NCBI GenBank assembly: GCA_017507905.1
Contig: JAFWAA010000045.1
Location: forward strand, 5,513-69,512
Direction of reading: 5' to 3'
Length of the DNA: 64,000 nt
DNA from: Clostridia bacterium
GTDB lineage: Bacteria; Bacillota; Clostridia; Oscillospirales; CAG-272
Part shown: positions 9,513-18,642 of the stretch, in pieces
Position numbering within the stretch: position 1 is the stretch's first letter
Layout: each line of letters starts with the position of its first letter
Translations under genes and position numbers: made by a program
The notes under the pieces: generated by a model
What the model was told of the DNA's origin: nothing
The model's database searches: none
The model's input: only the letters and a program-made list of their open reading frames with translations

Positions 9513-10790
9513 TTACTTCGCAATCGCTTTTTCTTTAACGAGATCCATGGCCTTCTTGACCTTCATGTCCTCGGCGACGGAATCCACGGGAATTACCTCG
9601 CGGACCTTCTCCACCTCCATGCTGTAGGTCTTGGCAATCGACTCGATCTCTGCGTTGATGTCCTCTTCGGTCACCTCGATCGCTTCAAGCTTTGCGATGG
9701 TCTCCAGAGCCAGTCTGAGCTTGACCTGCTTCTCGGCCTGCGGGCGGAGCTGCTCGCGCAGAGAATCCAGGTTCATGCCGGTGTACTGGAAGTAGGTCTT
9801 CAGATCCAGTCCCTGCATACGCAGACGGTTGTCGTAGTCGCGAACGAAGTTCTCGGTCTCGGCCACGTACATCTGCTCGGGAATATCAGCCTCCAGCTTT
9901 TCGATCAGCTGATCCAGGATCTCCTCCTCGAACTGGCGCTCGGCCTCCTCCTTGAGTCTCTTGGAGATTTTTGCCTTAACGTCGGCGCGGTATTCATCCA
10001 TCGTATCAAATTCGGAAACGTCCTTGGCAAAATCGTCATCCAGCTCGGGAAGCTCAACGTGCTTGATCTTGTGGATCACGGTCTTAAAGACGGCTGCCTT
10101 GCCGGCAAGCTCCTTGGCGTGATACTCCTCGGGGAAGGTGACGTTAACGTCGAACTCCTCCTCTAGCTTGTGTCCTGCAACCTGCTCCTCAAAGCCGGGG
10201 ATAAAGTTGCCGGAGCCGAGCTTCAGGGGGTAGTCAGAGCCCTTGCCGCCCTCAAAGGGAACGCCGTCCACGAAGCCCTCATAGTCGATGGTGCAGATAT
10301 CGCCCATCTCGGATGCGGCATCGGTGACCTCGATCTCGCGAGCGTTGCGCTCACGAATGGTGTTGATCTCCTGCTCGATCTGGTCCTTGGTTACGCGAAC
10401 AGCCTTCTTCTTGGCGCTCAGACCAAGGTAGCCCTCGATCTTTGCCTCGGGCTTGACGGCAACCTTTGCGGAAAGAACAACGCCGTTATCGTCGATGGAG
10501 ACGATGTCAAACTCGGGCTGACCGACCATAGCAAGACCGGACTCTGCGAGTGCTGCATCGAATGCATCGGGAAGAACCTCGTTGATCGCATCCTCGTAGA
10601 AAAAGCCCTTGCCGTACATCTTCTCGATGACGGAGCGAGGAGCCTTACCCTTGCGGAAGCCGGGAACGGCGATCTTTCCAACCTGCTTGCGGTAAGCGTT
10701 GGAGATTGCCTTGTTAAAGGTTTCCTGATCAACCGAGAATTCCAGAGTATATACACTCTTATCGGTCAGTTCGGATTTGATTAAGCTCAT
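9513..10790 (-). CDS. tig: Trigger factor
   Basis: 425 aa. Ribosome-binding GFRKGKAP motif, a central FKBP-type segment and an acidic C-terminal arm. GGAGG RBS. Classic tig-clpP-clpX order. Confidence 0.95.
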   Translation of the reverse strand: MSLIKSELTDKSVYTLEFSVDQETFNKAISNAYRKQVGKIAVPGFRKGKAPRSVIEKMYGKGFFYEDAINEVLPDAFDAALAESGLAMVGQPEFDIVSIDDNGVVLSAKVAVKPEAKIEGYLGLSAKKKAVRVTKDQIEQEINTIRERNAREIEVTDAASEMGDICTIDYEGFVDGVPFEGGKGSDYPLKLGSGNFIPGFEEQVAGHKLEEEFDVNVTFPEEYHAKELAGKAAVFKTVIHKIKHVELPELDDDFAKDVSEFDTMDEYRADVKAKISKRLKEEAERQFEEEILDQLIEKLEADIPEQMYVAETENFVRDYDNRLRMQGLDLKTYFQYTGMNLDSLREQLRPQAEKQVKLRLALETIAKLEAIEVTEEDINAEIESIAKTYSMEVEKVREVIPVDSVAEDMKVKKAMDLVKEKAIAK

Positions 10791-10837
10791 TTTTTTCAGT
10801 CCTCCAATTTATGGTGAAATAATTACATACAAAGTAT

Positions 10838-10866
10838 ATTTTATAATTTTTTTCGGATTTTGTCAA
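10838..10866 (-). promoter_or_regulatory. Sigma-A-type promoter for tig (TTGACA-17-TAAAAT)
   Basis: Read on the minus strand as cctaTTGACAaaatccgaaaaaaattaTAAAAT, about 45 nt upstream of the tig RBS. Confidence 0.55.
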
Positions 10867-10912
10867 TAGGTTTTCTTAAAATAATTAAGAAAGAAAGGGC
10901 AAGAAGGGCATT

Positions 10913-11644
10913 TCAGTCGGGATAGATCGGCATTGGCGAGAATTGCAGGAAGTCTGCGGAGATCAGGATCAGCTCGATCCCCTCAAATTCGGTCATGCGC
11001 GGTGCGTAGTAGGCGCCGTGAATGTGCCCGAAATAGCAGGACTTAACGCCAAACTCGTGCAGGACGTCAAGGATCTCGCGGCAAACGAAGCCGTTCCAGA
11101 CGGGCGGAAAATGCAAGAAGACCAGGATCGGCAAGGGCTTTTCCTCGCTTTCCGGCTGCAAACGCTTTGCCTCCTCAAGGCTCAGGCGCAGACGAATGAC
11201 CTCTCTGTCCACGATGCGGGAATAATCCACCTCGCCAACCGTGTTTTGCTGATTTTCCTCCAAAAACCAGCCGCGCGTTCCGCAAACGATGCAATCCTCC
11301 ATGCGATAAGCGTTGTTATAGAGGAAGCGAATGGAGGAGAGACCGTTTTGCTCAAGAAATGCAGTCATCTTGGAGACGGTCGACCACCAGAAATCGTGAT
11401 TGCCCTTGCCGATCAGCTTTTTGCCGGGAAGGGAATCCAAAAAGCGAAAATCCTCAAGCGTATCCTCAAGCTTGAGTGCCCAGGAGATGTCTCCCGGAAT
11501 GATCACCGTATCCTCCTCGTTGATCACCGCACACCAGTTCTTGCGGATCTTCTCCATATAATCGACCCATCGGGAGCCAAAGACAGCCATGGATTTGCTT
11601 CCGTCCGAGGAGAGATGCAGATCGGCCATGACGTAAAGTGACAT
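10913..11644 (-). CDS. Metallophosphoesterase family protein
   Basis: 243 aa. Calcineurin-like motifs DLHL, GDISW, GNHDFWW and FGHIHG. Confidence 0.75.
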   Translation of the reverse strand: MSLYVMADLHLSSDGSKSMAVFGSRWVDYMEKIRKNWCAVINEEDTVIIPGDISWALKLEDTLEDFRFLDSLPGKKLIGKGNHDFWWSTVSKMTAFLEQNGLSSIRFLYNNAYRMEDCIVCGTRGWFLEENQQNTVGEVDYSRIVDREVIRLRLSLEEAKRLQPESEEKPLPILVFLHFPPVWNGFVCREILDVLHEFGVKSCYFGHIHGAYYAPRMTEFEGIELILISADFLQFSPMPIYPD

Positions 11645-11763
11645 ATTCCAAGCTCCTTTCGTTTGGTATAATACGCAGGGGCGCGGGGGATACTAAGTTC
11701 TGTGAAAGCCTCGCCTTTCCGAAATTTGTGGGATTGCTCCCCGAAAAAGCAAGGAGACAGATC

Positions 11764-11958
11764 ATGGAAGAAAAGAAGCTGAACGAAAACTGCTGCCATA
11801 CGTGCAAGCACATTAAGGGAATCAAGTGCAACGTGCAGAACTGCTACTATCACGATTGCGACACCTATTGCACCGCAAACGAGATCGCCGTTGGCCCTCG
11901 CAGTGCCGATACCAGCAGCGAAACGCTCTGCGCCACCTTCAAGCCGAAGGAGCATTGA
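11764..11958 (+). CDS. DUF1540 domain protein (small Cys-rich)
   Basis: ATG at 11764 follows AAGGAGA. The repeated pattern C.V.NC.YH....C.A..I.V......ETLC.TF is typical of DUF1540. The longer track ORF from 11638 has no RBS and overlaps the divergent gene. Confidence 0.7.
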   Translation: MEEKKLNENCCHTCKHIKGIKCNVQNCYYHDCDTYCTANEIAVGPRSADTSSETLCATFKPKEH

Positions 11959-11989
11959 CCGCCGAGGTCAAGCCATTCGTATCTTCGGG

Positions 11990-12027
11990 CGTTGCCAAGT
12001 CGGATCCGACTTGGCAACGTTTTTTTT
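11990..12027 (+). terminator. Rho-independent terminator after the DUF1540 gene (convergent with the thrC end)
   Basis: Perfect 13-bp stem CGTTGCCAAGTCG / CGACTTGGCAACG, GATC loop, then T8. Confidence 0.9.
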
Positions 12028-12030
12028 CGT

Positions 12031-13512
12031 TCAATTCAGGAAGGAGAGGATCGCGTCCTTCATGCCGTCGCGGTCAATGACCTCCTCAAAGCGTACCGTA
12101 CGCGTCTCAAGGCCGGCAAGCGGATAGGGGATCTCGGTATTGGTATAAGCGGAAAGCTCGTGCAGAGCCTCAAGATCCGAGGAGGGCTCCTTGTCTGCCA
12201 CAGCGCGGTAGACGTTGTTGGCAAATTTGTAGGGGCTTGCCGTAGACGCGATCACCATCGGACGGTTGTCACCGCTCTCGGCAACGTACTGCTCGGCGGC
12301 AGAGATCGCCACGGCAGTGTGCGTGTCGGCAAGATAGCCGTGCTCGCGGTAGGTGCGGCGAATGGTCTCGGCGGTCGCCTTCTCATCGGCAAAATAGCCG
12401 CAGAAATTCTCCTGAATGGCGGCCAGAGCCTCCGCATCGACCGTGTAGGCTCCCGTTTTCTTGAGCGAATCCATATAGGCCGCGGTCTTTTCGCTGCCTA
12501 CGGTGAAGTAGAGCAGACGCTCAAGGTTGCTCGAAATGAGAATATCCATCGAGGGCGACATGGTCAGGTAGAAATCGCGGTTGCGATCGTAAGTACCCGT
12601 GCGCAAAAAGTCGGTCAGAATATTGTTGGCGTTGGAGGCGCAGATCAGGCGTCCGATGGGAAGTCCCATCTGCTTTGCCAGATATGCGGCAAAGATATTG
12701 CCGAAGTTTCCGGTGGGAACGCAGACGTTAAAGGTCTCGCCGAGCTTGCATACGCCCTTTTCGAGCAGGTCGCAGTAGGCCGAAACGTAGTAGACGATCT
12801 GCGGAGCAAGACGTCCCCAGTTGATGGAGTTTGCACTGGAGAAGAAGTAGCCCTTTTCGTTGAGGATCGCTTCCATCTCAGCATCTCCGAAGATGACCTT
12901 CACGCCGCTCTGTGCATCGTCAAAGTTGCCGCGAATGGAGGTAACGTTCACGTTGGAGCCGGTCTGGGTAGCCATCTGCAGCTTCTGCACACGGCTCACT
13001 CCGTCCACGGGGTAGAAGACCATGATCTTGATGCCGTCAATATCCTTGTAGCCCTCAAGAGCCGCCTTTCCGGTATCTCCCGAGGTGGCAACGAGAATGA
13101 GGGCTATGCGCGTCTCGCCGGTCTTGACCAGCGCGCGGGACAACAGTCTCGGCATGATCTGCAAAGCCATATCCTTAAAGGCGGCCGTCGGACCGTGCCA
13201 GAGCTCAAGAGCCGAGAAGGGGCCGTGAATGGGCACGAGCGGTGCGGCTCCGCCAACGAAGGAGTCCTCGGCGTAGGCCTTCTCGCAATCGGCGAGAAGC
13301 TCCTCGTAGGTGTAATCCGAGAGGAATTTGGAAAGGATCCTTGCAGCGCGAACAGGGTAGGACTCCTTACAAAGGGAAAGGATCTCCTCCTTACTCAGCG
13401 TCGGGATCGATTCGGGAACGAAGAGTCCGCCGTCGCTTGCAAGACCCTGCTTGATCACCTCTGCGGCAGAGGCAGAGGCCTTTTCGGTGCTTCTTGTGCT
13501 TTTGAACAACAT
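12031..13512 (-). CDS. thrC: Threonine synthase (long form)
   Basis: 493 aa. N-terminal GLASDGGLFVPE and the PLP-lysine context GPTAAFKDMALQ. Confidence 0.92.
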   Translation of the reverse strand: MLFKSTRSTEKASASAAEVIKQGLASDGGLFVPESIPTLSKEEILSLCKESYPVRAARILSKFLSDYTYEELLADCEKAYAEDSFVGGAAPLVPIHGPFSALELWHGPTAAFKDMALQIMPRLLSRALVKTGETRIALILVATSGDTGKAALEGYKDIDGIKIMVFYPVDGVSRVQKLQMATQTGSNVNVTSIRGNFDDAQSGVKVIFGDAEMEAILNEKGYFFSSANSINWGRLAPQIVYYVSAYCDLLEKGVCKLGETFNVCVPTGNFGNIFAAYLAKQMGLPIGRLICASNANNILTDFLRTGTYDRNRDFYLTMSPSMDILISSNLERLLYFTVGSEKTAAYMDSLKKTGAYTVDAEALAAIQENFCGYFADEKATAETIRRTYREHGYLADTHTAVAISAAEQYVAESGDNRPMVIASTASPYKFANNVYRAVADKEPSSDLEALHELSAYTNTEIPYPLAGLETRTVRFEEVIDRDGMKDAILSFLN

Positions 13513-13581
13513 GGTTTTATCCTTCTTTCAATAGGGGTTTTAACAGAATAAAGGTTTTTTGATCGATCTTTTGCCTGCGGA

Positions 13582-14517
13582 TCAGGCGTTTGGAAAAAGA
13601 TGCCGCTCGGCAAAGGCGCGTGCATTCTCAAAGAGGATCGCGCGCACAAGGTCTTCCGGGTAGTTGTGAGCGAGCAGGATGTCGGCGAGGTAGGGAATGG
13701 CATCGACCCCTTGCAAATCGGGGGGAAGATCGCAGCCGTCCATGTCTCCGCCAAGGCAGAGCGAGTGCTGGGCACCAAGAGAGAGAAAATGCTCGATGTG
13801 AGGAAGAAGATCGGCACAGTTCGCCTTGCCGTCCTCCTTGAGAAAGCCAACGTAAAAATTCAGACCGATCACGCCGCCCGAGGCAAGGATCATGGCTACC
13901 TCGCGGTCCAAAAGGTTTCTCGTGACCGGACAAACGGCATAAGCGTTGGAATGCGATGCGATCACGGGACTGCCGCTCTCGGCGGCAAGGGCGAAAATCT
14001 CCTCGGCCGACCGCCTTGAGGCGTGCGAAATATCCGGGATCATATCACGCTCCATAGCGCGGCGCAAAGCAAGCCGCCCAAAATCGGTCAGACCGCTTTG
14101 GGTATCGTGCGCACCTCCCATGCAGGTCTCCCCGGACCACATGGGCGTGAGAATACGTACGCCTGCCTCGGCAAGAAGATCCACGCGGGAAAGATCGTTT
14201 TCCAGAATGCGGGCGTCCTCCAGGGCAAGAAGCAGGGAGATCTCCGACGGCTTTGGCGGAAGACCTTTGAGCAGGAAAGCGGTTCCGTCCGAAAGCGAAG
14301 GATCTCGGCGCAGGTTTTCCAGCATCCGCCAAAAGAGGCTCCAGCCCTCGGCGTCGCTTGCACGGTGGTCGATCCAGAGTGCCATGACCTGAACATAGGT
14401 CTCGATCCTCTTGGCCTTTTCGGCAGAAACGGCAAACTCGTTCACGGCAAAGGGCTGACGCTCGGTCAGCATACGGTAGGCCGTGTCGCAGTGCAGATCA
14501 AACAGGGAATAGCGCAT
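13582..14517 (-). CDS. Membrane dipeptidase (peptidase M19 family)
   Basis: The N-terminus MRYSLFDLHCDT is typical of M19. ATG at 14517 follows GGAGG. The track start at 14571 would overlap yraN. Confidence 0.75.
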   Translation of the reverse strand: MRYSLFDLHCDTAYRMLTERQPFAVNEFAVSAEKAKRIETYVQVMALWIDHRASDAEGWSLFWRMLENLRRDPSLSDGTAFLLKGLPPKPSEISLLLALEDARILENDLSRVDLLAEAGVRILTPMWSGETCMGGAHDTQSGLTDFGRLALRRAMERDMIPDISHASRRSAEEIFALAAESGSPVIASHSNAYAVCPVTRNLLDREVAMILASGGVIGLNFYVGFLKEDGKANCADLLPHIEHFLSLGAQHSLCLGGDMDGCDLPPDLQGVDAIPYLADILLAHNYPEDLVRAILFENARAFAERHLFPNA

Positions 14518-14539
14518 CAAATAAATCCTCCGTGGCGTA

Positions 14540-14932
14540 TCAGTAGGCCGCCTTGATGTGGTGCAGGGCAAGCACGCGCGGCTTTTGTCCCTCGGGGACC
14601 TTTTCGAGATAGACCTCGATCACATCCATGCGCGGACGCTTGCCACTCGGATGCTCGTGCAGATATTGCCGTGCCGCCGCGCGGGTAAAGCGTTGCTTCC
14701 GTTCGTCCACGGCAGCTCCCGGAGGCGGGGCGGTCGCAAGCTCCTCGGGGCGGTAGGTCCTTGTCTTGACCTCAACGAAAAGAATGTCCCGAAAGCCCAC
14801 TGCGATCACGTAGATCTCGTATTTGCCGTGGCGGTAATTTCGGCCCGAAATGCGGTAGCCATGCCTGCGCAGATAGCGCGCCGCATAGCGCTCGCCAAAG
14901 TCGCCGATCTCCTTTGTGGTGCGGAACAGCAT
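14540..14932 (-). CDS. yraN: YraN family endonuclease-like protein (UPF0102)
   Basis: 130 aa. GERYAARYLRRHGYRI...VEVKTR pattern. TAATG one-base overlap with rnhB, and conserved rnhB-yraN synteny. Confidence 0.8.
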   Translation of the reverse strand: MLFRTTKEIGDFGERYAARYLRRHGYRISGRNYRHGKYEIYVIAVGFRDILFVEVKTRTYRPEELATAPPPGAAVDERKQRFTRAAARQYLHEHPSGKRPRMDVIEVYLEKVPEGQKPRVLALHHIKAAY

Positions 14933-15534
14933 TATTCCTTCTCCAGGAAGCGGATAAACTGCTTCCGATGTATGGGAGAGGGCCCGTACTGACGCAGGGC
15001 GTCCATATGCATCTTCGTGCCATAGCCCTTATGCTTGGCGATGCCGTATTGCGGGTATTCGCGGTCAAGCTCCAGGCAGAGGCGGTCACGCGTGACCTTG
15101 GCCAGGATCGAGGCCGCCGCAATGCTCGGGCTGATGGCGTCGCCGTGAATGACGGCCTTTGCGGGGACCTGAAAATCGCGTGCGATGTTCCCGTCGATCA
15201 GCGCGTAGTCTGCCTTGAGGGAAAGTCCCTCAATAGCGCGGCGCATGGCCAGCAGATCTGCTTCCAGTATATTCAGCCGATCGATCTCCTCGACACTTGC
15301 CTCGGCAATGCAATAGGCAACGGCGTTTTCGCAAATGATGTCAAAAAGCTTTTCGCGCTTCTTTTCGGTCAGTTTTTTGGAGTCGTTGATGCCCTCGGGG
15401 ATATAGCCCTCGGGAAGAATGCAGGCCGCGGCGACCACGGGTCCGCAGAGCGGTCCGCGCCCGGCCTCGTCCACGCCGCAGATGGCCGTGAAGCCCTGTG
15501 CGCGGAGCTCGTTCTCAATGGTAAACTCAAGCAT
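14932..15534 (-). CDS. rnhB: Ribonuclease HII
   Basis: GVDEAGRGPLCGPVV catalytic motif. ATG at 15534 follows GGAGGAG. The track's start at 15564 is a TTG lying further inside rbgA. Confidence 0.9.
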   Translation of the reverse strand: MLEFTIENELRAQGFTAICGVDEAGRGPLCGPVVAAACILPEGYIPEGINDSKKLTEKKREKLFDIICENAVAYCIAEASVEEIDRLNILEADLLAMRRAIEGLSLKADYALIDGNIARDFQVPAKAVIHGDAISPSIAAASILAKVTRDRLCLELDREYPQYGIAKHKGYGTKMHMDALRQYGPSPIHRKQFIRFLEKE

Positions 15535-16414
15535 CGGGAAGCTCCTCCTTGGAGTATCGCTCAAGGGTGATGCGTCCGATCTTGGAGGAACGGAACTCGT
15601 CCATCAGCATAATGGCGGTGCGCTCGGTGTTGATCTCGCCGCCGCTGATGAGAAAGCCTCTCTTTTTGCCGATGGCAAGAAAGAGATCGTAGTCCGACAG
15701 CTCGCGCAAGTCCCCTATGTCGCCAAGCTTGTAGCGTGCGGAGAGCATTTCGGGGTAGAGACGGCGCAATCTTTTGCACAGGATCACCGCAAGGCTCTCC
15801 AGGTCCAGAATGCCGTCGCGGATCGCACCGGTCAGAGCAAGATTCTCTCCAACCCGTCTTTCCTCAAACTTGGGCCAGAGAATGCCCGGCATATCCAAGA
15901 GATCCACACCGACCGAGGTGGAGACCCATTGCTTGTCCAGCGTAACGCCGGGGCGGTTTTCGACCTTGGTCTTCTTGTTGCCGCAGATCCGGTTGATCAG
16001 CGAGGATTTGCCCACGTTGGGAACACCAAGCACCATCGCACGCACGCGGCGGCCGATCATACCCTTTTCCTCGTAGCGGCGGATCTTTTCGGCCAACAGC
16101 TTGCGGATGGTGGGAGCGAGCTGATTCATGCCCTCGCCCGTGACGCAGTCGGTCAGAAGGCAAACGGTGTGATCGTTGGTATACTGCTTGACCCAGATCG
16201 CGTTCTGCTTGGGATCGGCCAGGGAAGCCTTATTCAAAAGAAGCAGAGTAGGCTTGCCCTCGGTCAGTCGGGCGATCTCGGGGTTTCTTGAGCTATAGGG
16301 AATGCGTGCATCGAGGATCTCAATGACCAGATCCACGTGCTTGAGATTTTCGGTGATCATACGGCGCGTTTTGGCCATATGTCCGGGGAACCATTGAATG
16401 GTCTCGGAGGGCAT
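15527..16414 (-). CDS. rbgA: Ribosome biogenesis GTPase A (YlqF/RbgA)
   Basis: 295 aa. Circularly permuted GTPase with IQWFPGHMAK, LLLNKASL and GVPNVGKSSLIN. Confidence 0.92.
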   Translation of the reverse strand: MPSETIQWFPGHMAKTRRMITENLKHVDLVIEILDARIPYSSRNPEIARLTEGKPTLLLLNKASLADPKQNAIWVKQYTNDHTVCLLTDCVTGEGMNQLAPTIRKLLAEKIRRYEEKGMIGRRVRAMVLGVPNVGKSSLINRICGNKKTKVENRPGVTLDKQWVSTSVGVDLLDMPGILWPKFEERRVGENLALTGAIRDGILDLESLAVILCKRLRRLYPEMLSARYKLGDIGDLRELSDYDLFLAIGKKRGFLISGGEINTERTAIMLMDEFRSSKIGRITLERYSKEELPDA

Positions 16415-16455
16415 AAGATCACGTCCTTTCGGAATAGAAATAGGTCAAGTCGCCG

Positions 16456-17154
16456 TCATTCGGCAGAAAAGACGGTAAAGGGATCAAGGCGCAGAAGCAC
16501 GCGGCCGAGAATGCAGCGGGTATCCACAAATCCGATGTCGGAGTCGCGGCTGTCGCGCGACCAGTTGCGGTTATCTCCCATCACGAAGACGTGTCCCTCG
16601 GGAACGGTCGCGGTAAGAACGTTTGTCTCGGCATCAAAGTGCGGATTGTCGGTAAAGCGATAGTCGGCATCCGCCGTGTTGAGATAGGCGTCCGTGGGGC
16701 GTCCCGAGGCGGTCTTGAGACAGCGGTAGGGATCATCGTACAGAACGCCGTCAATGTAGATCTCCCCCGTGCCGAAATCGATCCGTACGGTTTGTCCCTC
16801 GGTGGCGATCACGCGCTTGACCAGCGTCTTTTGCAGATTCTTCGGCGAGGTGGGCTCGGTCAGATGAAAGACCACGACGTCATTCTGCCGAGGGGTATAA
16901 AAGAGATCCGAGATCAGAAGGTTTTCCCCCTCGTGAAGCGTGTTCTCCATAGACGATCCGTCCACGCGGCAAAGGCGCAGGGCAAAGGTGAAGATGAGGA
17001 TCACGACAAGGACGGCCAGAGAGAACATCTCGACAACGTCAAAGAGCGAGGAGGCGAGCCGCAAAAGCGGCGCCGGCTTTGTTTGCTTTTCCTCCGTCTC
17101 GGGCGAGGGCATTTGAGGCTCCTCCGCCTCGGGCAAACGTGGCTCTTGGTTCAT
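16456..17154 (-). CDS. lepB: Signal peptidase I
   Basis: 232 aa. One TM segment, GSSMENTL (Ser box), KRVIA (Lys box) and GDNRNWSRDSR. Confidence 0.9.
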   Translation of the reverse strand: MNQEPRLPEAEEPQMPSPETEEKQTKPAPLLRLASSLFDVVEMFSLAVLVVILIFTFALRLCRVDGSSMENTLHEGENLLISDLFYTPRQNDVVVFHLTEPTSPKNLQKTLVKRVIATEGQTVRIDFGTGEIYIDGVLYDDPYRCLKTASGRPTDAYLNTADADYRFTDNPHFDAETNVLTATVPEGHVFVMGDNRNWSRDSRDSDIGFVDTRCILGRVLLRLDPFTVFSAE

Positions 17155-17179
17155 GGGAAAGGAATCCTTTCGGTAAGAT

Positions 17180-18394
17180 TTAGGCCTTGGTCAGCAGCTC
17201 CATCAGGCGGTAGCCGTCTGCCAGATAGCGGTCAGCGGAGGCAGCGCTTTCCTCACAAAAGCACTCCACACCGCTTTCGGGATGCTTGGGATCGTAAATC
17301 ATGAAGGGAACGGGATCCATGGTATGCGTCCGCACACGAATGGGCGTGGGATGATCGGGCAGGATCATCACGCGATAGTCCTCGCCGCAGCTCTCGAGAT
17401 AGGAGAGAACGGGAGCAAGGATCTTTTGGTCGATCAGCTCTACCGAGAGGACCTTGTTTTCCAGCTCTGCGCGGTGTCCGCACTCGTCGGGAGCCTCCAC
17501 GTGCACGTAGACGTAGTCGGCGCCCTCGGAGAATGCCTTGATGGCGGCCTCTGCCTTGCCTGCGTAGTTGGTATGAACGTTTCCGGTCGCGCCCTCAACG
17601 TCGATCGAGCGCATTCCTGCGCAAAGGCCGATGCCCTTGATCAGGTCAACGGCAGAGATGACGGCGGCGTCAAGGCCCCATTTTTCCTTGAAGTTGGGGA
17701 GCTGAGGCTTCTTGCCGGGGCTCCAGAACCAGGCGGAGTTGGCAGGCTTGAGACCGCGTGCGCGGCGCGCCTCGTTGACGGGATGGTGGTTGAGGATCTC
17801 AAAGCTCTCCTTCATCATGCGGTAGAACTCCTCTCCGCCGTCCTCTACGCGGGGAAGGTACTCGCCGATGCGCCGTCCGAGAATATCGTGCGGACGCATG
17901 AAGGGATAGCGATCGTTTCCGTTCTTGCGGATCATGCAGTGGCGGTAGCTTACGCCGGTGTAGAAGCGGCGCTCCGCGTTTCCGAGATGCTCCTGCAAAG
18001 CCTTGATCAGCTCGTCCGCCTCGGCGGTGGTGATCTCGTCGGCGCTATGGTCGAGAATGACCTTGTCCTCATAGGCCTCGCCCTCATCCGAGAGGGTGAC
18101 CACGTTGCAGCGATAGGCGGTTTCGTCGGGCTGCATCACGATGCCCATGCTGACCGCCTCAAGCGGAGAGCGTCCCTTGGAGTAGACCTTGGGATCAAAG
18201 GAGAGAATGGCCATGTTGGCCGTGTCGCTCTCGGGCACCATACCGTCGGGAACGTTGGATACGGTTCCGACGTAAGCCGTTTTGGCCAGGCGGTCGATCG
18301 TAGGCTTGTTTGCAGCCTGCATCGGCGTGCGATCGCCAAGAGCGGCAATTTTTTCGTCAGCCATTCCGTCGGGAATCAGTACAAAGTATTTCAT
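17180..18394 (-). CDS. Cofactor-independent phosphoglycerate mutase-like metalloenzyme (ApgM family; proposed homoserine kinase subgroup is possible)
   Basis: MKYFVLIPDGMADE N-terminus and a PDECGH region. ATG at 18394 follows GGAAAGGA. The 28-codon upstream extension in the track lacks an RBS. Confidence 0.75.
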   Translation of the reverse strand: MKYFVLIPDGMADEKIAALGDRTPMQAANKPTIDRLAKTAYVGTVSNVPDGMVPESDTANMAILSFDPKVYSKGRSPLEAVSMGIVMQPDETAYRCNVVTLSDEGEAYEDKVILDHSADEITTAEADELIKALQEHLGNAERRFYTGVSYRHCMIRKNGNDRYPFMRPHDILGRRIGEYLPRVEDGGEEFYRMMKESFEILNHHPVNEARRARGLKPANSAWFWSPGKKPQLPNFKEKWGLDAAVISAVDLIKGIGLCAGMRSIDVEGATGNVHTNYAGKAEAAIKAFSEGADYVYVHVEAPDECGHRAELENKVLSVELIDQKILAPVLSYLESCGEDYRVMILPDHPTPIRVRTHTMDPVPFMIYDPKHPESGVECFCEESAASADRYLADGYRLMELLTKA

Positions 18395-18582
18395 CAGATT
18401 CATCCTTTCCACGGGGAGCAATTGCGGAGGAAGCAGATACCGGAATTGATCTTCGCATAAAAAATAATAACAATCCAATATATTATATCACATTCTCTGC
18501 GAAAGTACAAGAGCAAATGCTCCAATTTTTTGCAAAAACCGCTACAGAAATCAAGAGGATTTGTAAAAAAACTGTGATGCGG

Positions 18583-18611
18583 TTGCAATGTGGGAAAACT
18601 TATGATAAAAT
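18583..18611 (+). promoter_or_regulatory. Sigma-A-type promoter (TTGCAA-17-TAAAAT) for the 18643 gene
   Basis: Hexamers with 17-nt spacing, counted directly. Confidence 0.55.
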
Positions 18612-18642
18612 AAAAGCAGAACCAAATACAAGGAGGTCTGCT

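Noticed and set aside
13526-13535. Sixth copy of the CCTATTGA(A/C)A motif, just upstream of thrC
   Set aside because: It lies only 14 nt from the thrC start codon and has no -10 box at the correct spacing. It is probably a chance occurrence or part of the RBS region, not a promoter.
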